DNA from: Trypanosoma brucei | Taxonomy: Eukaryota | Length of the DNA: 64,000 nucleotides | Direction of reading: 5' to 3' | Assembly: GCA_000002445.1 (NCBI GenBank) | Contig: CM000207.1 | Location: 1,472,001-1,536,000, forward strand | Part shown: positions 46,913 through 57,047 of the stretch, piece by piece | Position numbering within the stretch: position 1 is the first letter of the stretch | Layout: every line of letters begins with the position of its first letter | Notes under the pieces: generated by a model | Databases searched by the model: none | Told to the model about the DNA's origin: nothing | The model's input: the letters and a program-made list of their open reading frames with translations, nothing else | Position numbers and translations under genes: made by a program

Positions 46913-46930
46913 AGTAGGGTTAGGGGGGGG
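46913..46930. repeat. Interstitial telomere-like TAGGGTTAGGG followed by G10
   Basis: Read directly: tagggttagggggggggg. Confidence 0.9.
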
Positions 46931-49759
46931 GGCACGGAGGGGCCGCGGGGGATTCACGAAAGAAGCTACGAAAGCTAAGGGTCATCCCCTGAATGGCGGT
47001 TGGGTTGGGAATCGCTACGGTAAACTTAGGTTGTTCTTATGTCTTACAGGGGGGAATTGTGCCATGGCATAACTTTCCGGCTGTATTCGTCATCGACTTC
47101 ACAAAAGTGTTCGAGGAGGCGTGCTGGCAGAGGTTTTAGACACAGTAAGTGGAACGCCTAAGTTAGCAGATGGGGAAAACATAGTGAAAGAGGCCAGTCT
47201 CATGCCAATAGTGGGCGCTAAAAACTAAAGAAAGGGCACTGGGCTCCATTATGCCACTCCAGATGAAAGGAAATACCTTTTGAGTAGACCCAAGAAGCGG
47301 GCTTACACGGGATAACGGTGCCTGTTGGAGCATATTCAGGTGTGTGGGTGGGGGGCAGAGAAGTGTCGTGGTATGTTCCGTCGATGGGAGGAACTGCTTG
47401 AGAGGAAGCGTCTCATGTTGATGGAGAGGTCCCTCTTCAGTTGCATGACGCACGAGGGACTGAAAGTGAACGCCTTTGAAAATGGAAAACACACGGAAAC
47501 AGTGAAGACCGCGATAAGCTTTAGGGAAGGTGGCTGTTAGCATTGCCGGGACCCTCTTTCAGCGGTTGTTAGTATTAACAGTTAAAATGGTCTGGGTTTG
47601 GAAGTTGAGTCTTGTGTTAGGATTAACGGTCATGCGGCTATATATATACATATATATTTTTACACGCATTAAACATTCCTCAACACCACTCCCCCAAAGG
47701 TTCCACGTGCCCTTTAGACTCGGCCTCCCCCCCCCAAAAAAAGCATTCCCCAAAACAGCTTTTCACCTTTATTTGTTTGACACATGCACCACGACGATTT
47801 TCCTCTTCTCTCCTCATCTCCGACGCGCTTCGATCAGTTTGTCCATTACCCTACAAATCTCGTCTCAACAGTTATTTGGTGATTCGCATTAATATCCGGA
47901 ACCACGTTAATGCAAACTCACCCCCTAAGAAATGAATTAAAAAAAACTCGCTGCATATTACCTCCCCCCTAGCTCACGTGAACTCCTCAAAAAGATTTGA
48001 TGCCCATGCGGAACTTGTGGCGGTCAGTTCTTCCTTTAGTCTTCGTAGTGTTACCGGCTGTCGTACCGCCGTCCCGCTAAAAGCAAATATTTTAACCAGC
48101 AACACCTCCTTCTCTACCCATCGTCACATTTGCTCCACTTGCCTCACGCACGGTAGCGGTTTGGGCCGCCTTTTCGAGAGAGTGTCGACGCTGCTGAACA
48201 AATGGGTTTCACCACTTGTGCGATAATTCCCATAGCGAGCAGCATTTTGAGTGTTGCTTATTTTTCATTTCCCAACCCGCTAGCGTCCGCACAACTTTTG
48301 ATAGTGCTTTTCGAATCTTGCTCGAGAAACAGATCTGTCGTCACCCTGTTCGGAGCCCTCGTGCACGCGGGCTCCGATGCGAACGCTAAGAAATGTGCGG
48401 ATGCATCTCGACGCGTTGATAATTGCAACTTGTTTCCTTTTGGGTTTGCTGCCGCAAGCTGGGGAGCTGCTGCACTACCTAACGAATTCTGTGGATCCCT
48501 GTTTGGAAGTCATCTTAACAGCGGGTTTAAGCGCCAAACATCTCACTACATTGCATGCGCCGTTAAGCCCCCAATCTCGAGGAAAAACTGCGGCGACAAC
48601 TAAAACTGCCTTTTCACGAGGTGTGTGTATGAACAACGCTTTTTGGTGGAGGCGTTAGGTGTGGAGGCCCGGGAGTGCTCTATAGAAGCCACTTCCCATA
48701 CGCCTCCCCACACGTACAATGCCGGATCCTTCAGGTTATCACAAGAGCAAACCACTATGATGCTACCCGGCACGGTCATACACGCTGACGGCCACCACAA
48801 AAAGGTCGAAAAAAAAAACTTCTTTTTCTCTTGTTGTGACAGTTTCTTTATTGCTCTCCACTCCCACCCTCAGAAGGAACTCGCATTGCCGTTAGGTCAT
48901 CACTTCCAATCTGGTTCCTAACTTAGCAGCGCCACCCATATCATTCGTTGCTGAACCCCGGGAAAGTTGGAACAAGCACCTAAGCAAACAAAATGTAGAG
49001 GGCATACGGTAACTACCTTCACTACTTGCTTCAGAGGGGTTCTAAGAGAAATGGAAAGAGGGAAGTGGATTTGTCGTGTATTCATCTGCAAGGCGTTTGT
49101 GTTGAAAAGGCCATTTAACACTGGTTGTGGGAAAACAAAGACATGCCATCTAATGGTACGCAATCATGTATCAACCGTGGCGAAACAGAGCCATCAGAAT
49201 ACTCGATGGCCACACACAAGGATGCAGTTGTGTGAAAAAAAAACGGAGGGATCTAATGTGAGAGGAGCGAAATAACGGTAGAATGGCATTTGTTTATGCA
49301 TCCACGCAAAGGCATGTTCGGTTCTTCGGAATCTGCAGCCTTCATTTTTCTGCTGTGAGAAGCTGGAGGAATCATGTCTCATTCTTTATTCCTTTCCCCC
49401 CCTTATTTCCTTTTTCCTTTCGGTATAGCATGGCTTCAGACTGCCTAACTCTTTGCTTCATCATTTGCTTCTCCATGTTTCACATTTTGCGCAGGCTAAA
49501 CAACAGCCGCTTCCCATTTATCTAAGTTCAACGAAAATACATGTGCGCCAACAACGAACATTACATTACATTAGGGATGGAAACAGGCCCCTCCTTCCTT
49601 TCTCCTCCCCTCCACAATACATACATTGGACATTACGACTAGAATTGAAAGGATAATATATATATATATATATACTTTTCTGTGTATCTCTTTCTCTCCT
49701 TGTCTACTTTTATACACTCCTTGCTTTATCAGCTTAACAGCAACGGAACGACGAGACTA

Positions 49760-50698
49760 TCACATGAGGCATGACTCATACGTCGGGACCATGTATTTAA
49801 TGTTGATGTACGCGTCCTCCCCACCGTATTGTTCGAGCAAGTGAAGTGTTTCATTTACCAAATCACTAATGTTTTGCCTCTTGGTTTGGGAATAGTCAAT
49901 TCGGTCGCCTATGTTCTTGTTTCGGTTCTTGTAGAGATTGAACACCGGAAGGATCTGCCTGTAATACGGCACGAGTGCCTGACCAACAAAGTCGGCGCTC
50001 TCCACAAGTTTCTGAAGAACCTTGAGGACGTTAATGATAACAGTTGGGTGTCGTGTATTTAGCGCTGTTTTGATAGGCACAATGAGTTGAGGGATGGTGG
50101 GAAGAATTTTATCTCCTCCCCTCTCAAGTAAGTCATAGCAGCCCTGCAGGGCAACAAATATGAATGGTTCCTCAAGTTCTCTAAGTCCATCGAAAAAAAT
50201 AGGAAGGAAATGATGATAATCTAGCGAGGACACATTCAGCCGCCACGAAAGCGTGCGTGAGGCGCCTTGCTGGATTGTCAGCGGCAAGTCTCCCCTCACA
50301 TAATAATTTCTGAACTCAGTAGGCGGGATGACACGCTTTCTATACGCACCAGCCTTCTCCGGTCCCTTTGGGTCGCCGAAGCAACCAATTTTCAATGACT
50401 GACGGAAACCGTTGTTTTTAAATGTGCTGAATGTCATACCTCCCGTGCCTGTGTGTCCTACCAGGATTTGCTTAGGGCGCTGATCGCTCTCCGTATCTTG
50501 TTTGCCCCGTTTCTGCACATCGGCTGACGCCGGCTTCGTCGCCGGATCCCCTCGCACCACACAGCCCTTTTTTGTGACTGTTATGTCATTCTTGATGCCA
50601 TAACCCGGCGGGAAGGGGCCAAAGGGACTTTCTGCGAGTTGCGGGACGAGGTCCCTGTCGCGCAGTAGTTGCTTCCGCTCCTTTCGTGAGAACGCCAT
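49760..50698 (-). CDS. PACRG: Parkin co-regulated gene protein (PACRG), axonemal
   Basis: 312 aa. Long collinear match to PACRG core: NYYVRGDLPLTIQQ…LDYHHFLPIFFDGL…GGDKILPTIPQLIVPIKTALNTRHPTVIINVLKVLQKLV…ALVPYYRQILPVFNLYKN…IDYSQTKRQNISDLVNETL…GGEDAYINIKYMVPTYESCL. Confidence 0.85.
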   Translation of the reverse strand: MAFSRKERKQLLRDRDLVPQLAESPFGPFPPGYGIKNDITVTKKGCVVRGDPATKPASADVQKRGKQDTESDQRPKQILVGHTGTGGMTFSTFKNNGFRQSLKIGCFGDPKGPEKAGAYRKRVIPPTEFRNYYVRGDLPLTIQQGASRTLSWRLNVSSLDYHHFLPIFFDGLRELEEPFIFVALQGCYDLLERGGDKILPTIPQLIVPIKTALNTRHPTVIINVLKVLQKLVESADFVGQALVPYYRQILPVFNLYKNRNKNIGDRIDYSQTKRQNISDLVNETLHLLEQYGGEDAYINIKYMVPTYESCLM

Positions 50699-50803
50699 TG
50701 CACTTATGTTTCAACTGCTTTGCTTAAGTTAATCCTATCACCGTGCTAACTACGAAAACGGATGAAATCAGGCAGTTGAACACTAATGACAGTGGTTGCC
50801 GTT

Positions 50804-50849
50804 CCCCCCCCCCCCCAATTCCATGCATGGAAATGGGGGGGGGCAAAGA
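50804..50849. repeat. Imperfect palindrome C13-AATT-CCATGCATGG-AAAT-G9 (hairpin-capable)
   Basis: Read directly. Palindromic core CCATGCATGG flanked by complementary homopolymer arms, one mismatch in the AT linker. Confidence 0.9.
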
Positions 50850-51200
50850 GCAAAAACTGTGTGACAACACCGCCAGGCGGGTGTGATGTCTCATTTGTCA
50901 ATGTTTCAGAGGAAAAAGAAGGGGAAGTTCTACCAGATGGGGGGGGGGAGGGGGGAAATGGGGCGTTTCTGGACCGCGCCAGTTCACCGCACTTCGGGCC
51001 CTTAACTCAGATCCTTCCCCTCCCTTGTGCCCCATTTACCCGAGAAAAGCGAGTCAGTTACCAACTAGGAAAATTTGCAAGGAAATAGGAACCATGTCTT
51101 TGATTCCCATGCAGCAATGTTACTGGTAGCAGCAGCAAGAAAAAAAAAAAATGACTGCGTAACGACACAGACCAAAGAAACGGAACAAAACTAAGTGAAT

Positions 51201-52769
51201 TTACACACAACCAAAGTCACTTTTGTTTTTCCCTCGTTTACCCGAACGAAGCGTCTGATGCTCCGTAGTCTCCTGCTGATTTTGAATAAACTGCGACATT
51301 TCACCGAGTTGCTTGTGCTGTTTTGTAAACAAGCGAAGTATTTTTTCATCGCGTCTGAGTTGAGTGGAGCCGCGGACCCAAGAAAGCCACAAGTGGAAGA
51401 TATTAGACCTCATGTTTTTCCGCGTGTCTTGCTGAAGCAGCTGTGCAAGCGCCTTCCAAACAGACCTGGAACCAGTCCTCTCCGGGAGCACAGCGCTGGC
51501 GGAAGAAAATTGTGGCACCGATCTCCTATCCTCATCCTTAATACTCTGTCGTAGCACGTTAGAGTAACTGCGGATGTCTTGACTCATTTGCTTTACTTGG
51601 TCCCCAACCTTGTTTACAGTGTTGGTGAGAACTCGCTGCTCGCCATCGAGTTCCGCCAGTTTGGACGCATGGCAGTCGAGTTCAGCATCATGCCGGTGCC
51701 AGTCTGTTCGCAGGACATTTATCGTCTCTTCAATCACAGCAATTTCCCTACGAATGATTCCCAGCTCTTCCTCACCAGAAGTTTGCGCCGCTGCGGGATC
51801 ATCCCACTTGCATTGTGTCCCTTCGCGGTGTTGGGAGAGAGTGACTGCGTCTGCGGCGTACCGCTCCGTAGGCGTATCGCCAACGCTCGCCATCTCTCGT
51901 AGATTCCGGCCATTATGGAGTACGGTGGCCTTTAGGTTCTGCAGTTCCTCGGAAAGCACTGACTCACGTTCTGATAGATACCTTATCTTCTCGACTGCAC
52001 ACTCCATGAGCGCGAACCACTGCCCTCGTTCCATTTCATGTGTCTCTCTTTCCAAGCTCAAACCCTCGGAGAGTTGGGTTAACGCTTTCAGGACCTCCCG
52101 TGCTAAATTAGTTGCGCCCTCACCTCCTGCTGAACGCCCTCGGCACCCTCCCGTCAAAGTTTCTAAGGTGTCCTCGACATTCAAAATCCGATCCTGTAAT
52201 TGCCTTGCATACCGCTTTACTTCACGGCGACTTGTTGACTCTCTTAGAACAGACTCCGCCAGTAGTGCTTCCAGTCTGGCGGCCTGTTCCTCTTGTCGGC
52301 GCCAGAGCAACCCAATGTAGGAAGAATCACTATCCAGCACTGGCTGTGACGGTAACCCGGCACCGGCGTTACGAATTTCTTCCCTCACCTTCCCAATGAT
52401 GTAGCGCTCAAACTCCATGAGGTGATTCTGGAGGGAAGTGACGTCCATTGCGGCGTCCGTGGTTAAGCTATCTCCCTGCCGCGTCAGTTCTTCTGAGCGA
52501 ACAAACTCCGCGACGTCTTTCTGTATCCTTTCGCAGAAACTGCTGGACTGCCGTGCCTCGATACGAACTTCATCCAACGATTCCCGGAGCGACCTAAGTT
52601 CTTTGTACATATCCAAATTTACGAGATCCCAAACATTATCCAGCTGGGTGGAACCGGAGACTTCCTCCATTACTGTTCCTCCTCCTTTCTCCTTTTCTGG
52701 ACATTGAATGCAGAAGCTCGAGTTATATAAGTGTTTGTGTATTTTGTGCTCATTTCGGATGTAAGACAC
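51201..52769 (-). CDS. Coiled-coil protein (522 aa), hypothetical
   Basis: Heptad-rich E/L/R/Q sequence with no catalytic motifs. Transcribed-strand ORF. Confidence 0.55.
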   Translation of the reverse strand: MSYIRNEHKIHKHLYNSSFCIQCPEKEKGGGTVMEEVSGSTQLDNVWDLVNLDMYKELRSLRESLDEVRIEARQSSSFCERIQKDVAEFVRSEELTRQGDSLTTDAAMDVTSLQNHLMEFERYIIGKVREEIRNAGAGLPSQPVLDSDSSYIGLLWRRQEEQAARLEALLAESVLRESTSRREVKRYARQLQDRILNVEDTLETLTGGCRGRSAGGEGATNLAREVLKALTQLSEGLSLERETHEMERGQWFALMECAVEKIRYLSERESVLSEELQNLKATVLHNGRNLREMASVGDTPTERYAADAVTLSQHREGTQCKWDDPAAAQTSGEEELGIIRREIAVIEETINVLRTDWHRHDAELDCHASKLAELDGEQRVLTNTVNKVGDQVKQMSQDIRSYSNVLRQSIKDEDRRSVPQFSSASAVLPERTGSRSVWKALAQLLQQDTRKNMRSNIFHLWLSWVRGSTQLRRDEKILRLFTKQHKQLGEMSQFIQNQQETTEHQTLRSGKRGKNKSDFGCV

Positions 52770-53446
52770 GTAACGACAACGTGTTTTTTTTTTGATCGTT
52801 CCCGATAATCAGTTGCGCCGACAGTGCGCAAAGGGATTAGAAGAGAAGACGACAATCCGTTACGCCGCACGCACAGGGTGAAAATTGCGGTAAAAGGTGT
52901 GGGAGAGTAGAAGAGAAGAGGTGACATATTGCGAAGAGTGGATGTATTAAACGGTTTGTATGGGAAAAGATAGAAAGTAAATGCAGTTTGTGTTTTCTGT
53001 CGCAGTAGGAGTGTTCCTATTAGATAAAAAGATTTCGACGGCGGAAGGTGAGTATTTACAAACACCAGCTCACGTTCCCTTCACTAATTCTCTCCTTCCC
53101 TTCCTCCTCTCTTTCTCCTCCTTCTCCCCGGAAAGAGGAAAACGAGTGGAAAAAGAGAGGAGGAAGGAGGGGAGGGGGGGGGGAGGAAAGAAGTGACGAA
53201 AAAAAAACAAAGGATACAAATATATACGTATATGGGGATTATGCACAAAATAGGAAGAACACTCACCGCCACTACGGGCAGACCGTCAGAGGGAAACGCA
53301 ACCAAAAAAAAAAGTGGAGGGAGATGTATCCCTTCCCCCCACTCCCATGTGGACACACACGGCTACAGCATTCTTTCTCCACAAACTCACTGTACAAGAA
53401 AAAGAAAAAAGAACGAGGACAAAATCAATAAAATCATCTATATGTC

Positions 53447-55063
53447 TCACGAAGAAAGTGGTATTTCATTTAATACTTCACGCACCTCTTCACCGACGGG
53501 GCCCTTCCTCTTCCCCAGTTTTTGTACTACCGAGGCAACGGCGTCAAACTTGGCACTGAGTTCGTAATACTGCTCCATTGTCAGGCTCGTTGAATTTTTT
53601 TCTCCATTGCGAAATGATGGGGCTTGACGACGTGCCTCATCTAACTTGGGGCGGAATTTACTGCTCATACTTTTGAGTACTTTGAGGGCCGCCAGCAACT
53701 GATTCTCTCGTTCACCGGCCAGTGCATACATTACAACATCAAGCAAATCAGAAAGATTACTTAAAGTAATGCGCTCTTTCATCCGCAAATGTTGCATGGC
53801 ACCGAGGAAGTCCGCAGTAACTCCGTAGTCTGAATTCGTGGTGTATAACTCCTTAAGATACACCAGTGCCTGCTGATTGTCTTGTACCCAAAGCGCACGA
53901 AGGACCCGCAGATGTGTAAGTCGCTGCCGCAGCACAGACACTGTCGTAACGCTTGAAGTCAATAAATCATCCATTTGTAGTTCGCCCGACTCACCGGTGT
54001 GGGATGCCGCGGCCACTTGTGAAGGCGAGCGGTGCAGCCGTTGATGTGCGGCGCGAAGAACAGGTACAGACATTTTAGCATTCTCTTCCCCCCTATTAAA
54101 GGAAGGAGGATCCCTCTGTTGCGATTTTACCGTCTTCTCTATTGGGGGGATGGTGAGTCCGCCGTCAGCGAGAGGTACACGGCCCATGACCGCTGTTTGC
54201 CCACTAAACTCCACAAACAGTGCCTCATCCGTATTCGAAGAATAGTTCAGGTCACCGATTATGTTCCACTGCGATTCAATTATTGGGGCGAAGCTATCAC
54301 TCATCATGTCGAAGTCATACACTCGAAGAATGTGAGACGCCGCGACAAGCATCCTCTTTCCTGACAGATACACCGCATCAACAGGCGTGTCAAGGCACTT
54401 GCTTTGGAATATTTTAGTGAAACCTTCTAACTCCCAGAAAGAGACTGAACCATCACTGCTTCCCACGGCTAAATAGTATCTCTTTGGGTGAAAACAAATT
54501 GATGTAACGGGTCCAGAATGCGCACGGAACTCGTGCATCTCCTTTCCTGACTGCAGATCGTACAGGCGAACCACACCGTCAGCACAACCACTAACGCACC
54601 AGCGACCACTTGGGGAGAACTCAGTGGCACAGAGAGGCGCTTTTGCCTCCATATGCGACCGAACACAACTCTTTTTTCGTGTGTCCCAAACGCGAAGAAC
54701 GGAATCTCGCGAGCAGGTGGCGATGACATCCGTGTGTGGGTGAAAATCCACTCCCGTTACCGTCGACTTGTGACCGTCACCGAACGTGCGCACAACCCCT
54801 TCAGTAGTCATATCCCACAAGTGCAAGCTGCCCTCATCGGTCCCACCTACCAGGCGCCTTTGCTGAGGATCGAAGGCAATAGATGTTGAAGGTGAGCAAC
54901 CTGCACTCAAAAGTACCGTTCGGGAATAGTCCTCAAAAGGATACACATGCACCCCACCGTCCCTGCAACCCAGTCCCACCAGCCGGTTCGCGCTGTCAGG
55001 GCTAAAACGCGAGTGGTACACCTGACATGGAAGTTGGAGTGTCATCGAATCGATAACTGGCAT
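53447..55063 (-). CDS. KAT80: Katanin p80 WD40 regulatory subunit
   Basis: 538 aa. Six N-terminal WD repeats matching KATNB1 (…FSPSGRWCVSGCADGVVRLYDLQSGKEMHEFRAHSGPVTSICFHPKRYYLAVGSSDGSVSFWELEGF… vs human …[67 protein letters not shown]…). Con80-like C-terminal domain. Confidence 0.75.
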   Translation of the reverse strand: MPVIDSMTLQLPCQVYHSRFSPDSANRLVGLGCRDGGVHVYPFEDYSRTVLLSAGCSPSTSIAFDPQQRRLVGGTDEGSLHLWDMTTEGVVRTFGDGHKSTVTGVDFHPHTDVIATCSRDSVLRVWDTRKKSCVRSHMEAKAPLCATEFSPSGRWCVSGCADGVVRLYDLQSGKEMHEFRAHSGPVTSICFHPKRYYLAVGSSDGSVSFWELEGFTKIFQSKCLDTPVDAVYLSGKRMLVAASHILRVYDFDMMSDSFAPIIESQWNIIGDLNYSSNTDEALFVEFSGQTAVMGRVPLADGGLTIPPIEKTVKSQQRDPPSFNRGEENAKMSVPVLRAAHQRLHRSPSQVAAASHTGESGELQMDDLLTSSVTTVSVLRQRLTHLRVLRALWVQDNQQALVYLKELYTTNSDYGVTADFLGAMQHLRMKERITLSNLSDLLDVVMYALAGERENQLLAALKVLKSMSSKFRPKLDEARRQAPSFRNGEKNSTSLTMEQYYELSAKFDAVASVVQKLGKRKGPVGEEVREVLNEIPLSS

Positions 55064-55676
55064 ATTTTCGGTCTGTTCCTACTTTCGTTAGTAATGACAG
55101 AGAAACGAGACAAACACAATAGGGAAGAAGGAGCGGGGGTAGAGGGAAGGGGGGAGAAAAAAGAAAAAAAAAAGAAGCGACGGGCGCTACATTTAGGGGA
55201 TTCAACAATACAGGACGAGGTTGGAAATGGTGCAACTCCCCCACAGTGCGGGGAACACCGAGTCCACAAGGCGAGTGTACCTGTTTGCATGTGCCAACCG
55301 TCTACATAAAGAAGTATATGCCCTGCGATCGCACAACCTCTGAAGAGGGAACACGCGGGGAATGAGCGCTAGCGAGGTCAACCGCGGCATTTTATTGTTG
55401 ATGGTTGAAGCAAATAAAGCTACCACAGATGCCAATTTCGCCAGTGATCCAGAAAATATAAAGAGGGTAAATAACAATAATTACACTGTGTGCGTCTTCC
55501 TGAGCGTATAAATGTGTGGCACCCACCCCAAGTTATTCCCCACACTTCGTGGCCCCACCCGTCTGTGCAATGAGGAGCGGGGGTTGAAGCAATGCAAACG
55601 ATTTGGATTGCTGGTTATATGATGTAGACTCAAAAAACAGCAGTGCCATCGTCGCCTCTCCCCCCTCCTGAAGAAG

Positions 55677-57047
55677 TTAAGCAGTGTAGTACTTTCCTTG
55701 AGGGAGCCTAATTGCAAAAAACTTACCTTCCTCGACTTCTCCCTCATCTGTTGCGTGTAGTAATTCGAAACATGGAACGCAATAGGGACAGGGGCTCTCA
55801 GGTGAAATTTCATCATTGTAACACACAACTGTTGCTGGATGACTCCTACACAGGCGACATCGCACTACACGGGTCGGAGTCTTCATCACACGCTGTGGGT
55901 ACGCTGCCCTCGTGTGGTCATCTCGATCAAAACCACGTAAGCTAGTGACTGAACTAAGGTAAAAGTAATGGTTGCACCATCCGAGGTGTCGCATGACGCC
56001 ATACTCACCCAACCGCAAGTTAAGATCTCCAAAGGTAGTCTGTGAAACGTATTTGACGGGGCAGTTTCCAAACGCGATGTTTTTCTGCCTTGTTTCACCC
56101 TCCGTACTCGCGCCTTCTCCACAGGGATCGAAGTGCCGGATGGGTGCCGTCAAATCTTCATAGTCCTCCCCACCCTCTCCTGCGTGGCGATTGTCAACGT
56201 AGAAGGTACCTCCAATAAAGAAAAATGCATTCTTTGAAATGTTCACTGGGATACAATTACGGCAGACAAAAGTGTCAAGCAGGGTGCCTAAGCTCTGGCA
56301 CGACAGTACAGCCCATGTTTCCTGAGGCTCTGTAGTGGACCCAGGTGTGAAGAAAGTAAACTCCCAACGGTGCGAGTGTTCAGTCAAACAAAAATCTTCC
56401 GAGGTGTCGATAACGTTATGACGTAAGCTCGCTGCGATGCCCTTGTTTGGGTAGCGCGGCTCCGCTTGGCGGAAAAGCTCGCTATTTCCCTCATCCATTA
56501 CCTTTAGACGAAGCTTTCGTCCGTCGTACTCTTCGTCAAGTTGCTCTCGTAGCCTCTTCACCGGTTCTAAGTCCACGAGAAACTGCAAAAGAGCAGGTCG
56601 CCGCTCGCACTCACTGTACTCTTCCCTAACACGGGCCAGTTGGCGCTCGCCTTCTTCTTTTACTTGGGTTACAATCCTCTCCATTTTGGACAACACTCTG
56701 CGGGTGGGGAGCTCCGGTAGGTTTGGCCCTTCCTCTTCCAGGAGCCTATCTAACCTTGCCTCCAGTTTACGCATCGCATCCTCTGCCTCACCAATTGTAA
56801 AGAAGCAACCATAAGGGTTCCCCCGCTCGCTCAGGGTCTGTGGCAGATGGACAATAGTGCCTGCAGGCAGTTTGTCACTAATTTTGTAGACATCAAGTTG
56901 TGGGTTCCGCCGGCGTATGTCTGTGAGAGTAACAGCTGTGTGCGCAGCGACATTGGCAAGTGTCGTTTCCTTCTTATTACCTACTTGAAGGGAAAAAGGG
57001 TCCACCAATTGTTTAGGAGGCATTTTTTTTTTTTGGCACCTCCCCAC
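55677..57047 (-). CDS. SNAP50: snRNA-activating protein complex subunit SNAP50 (SNAPC3) homologue
   Basis: 456 aa. C-terminal Cys/His SNAP-finger region TFGDLNLRLGEYGVMRHLGWCNHYFYL…RVVRCRLCRSHPATVVCYNDEISPESPCPYCVPCFELLH parallels human SNAPC3 …RKCFVCKMY…DPCFFCDVCFRMLH. Confidence 0.6.
   Translation of the reverse strand: MGRCQKKKMPPKQLVDPFSLQVGNKKETTLANVAAHTAVTLTDIRRRNPQLDVYKISDKLPAGTIVHLPQTLSERGNPYGCFFTIGEAEDAMRKLEARLDRLLEEEGPNLPELPTRRVLSKMERIVTQVKEEGERQLARVREEYSECERRPALLQFLVDLEPVKRLREQLDEEYDGRKLRLKVMDEGNSELFRQAEPRYPNKGIAASLRHNVIDTSEDFCLTEHSHRWEFTFFTPGSTTEPQETWAVLSCQSLGTLLDTFVCRNCIPVNISKNAFFFIGGTFYVDNRHAGEGGEDYEDLTAPIRHFDPCGEGASTEGETRQKNIAFGNCPVKYVSQTTFGDLNLRLGEYGVMRHLGWCNHYFYLSSVTSLRGFDRDDHTRAAYPQRVMKTPTRVVRCRLCRSHPATVVCYNDEISPESPCPYCVPCFELLHATDEGEVEEGKFFAIRLPQGKYYTA

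Noticed and set aside
47631-47670. ATATATTTTTACAC resembling the VSG 3'UTR 16-mer (TGATATATTTTAACAC)
   Set aside because: One mismatch and embedded in an AT-rich (TA)n context, so chance similarity is likely. Upstream plus-strand ORF fragments do not look VSG-like and no 70-bp-type repeats are evident.
43666-49759. Search by eye for tRNA genes (A box TRGCNNAGTGG / B box GGTTCGANTCC), rRNA or SL RNA in the ORF desert
   Set aside because: No convincing A/B-box pair or T-loop consensus found on either strand. Cannot exclude without tRNAscan/cmsearch.
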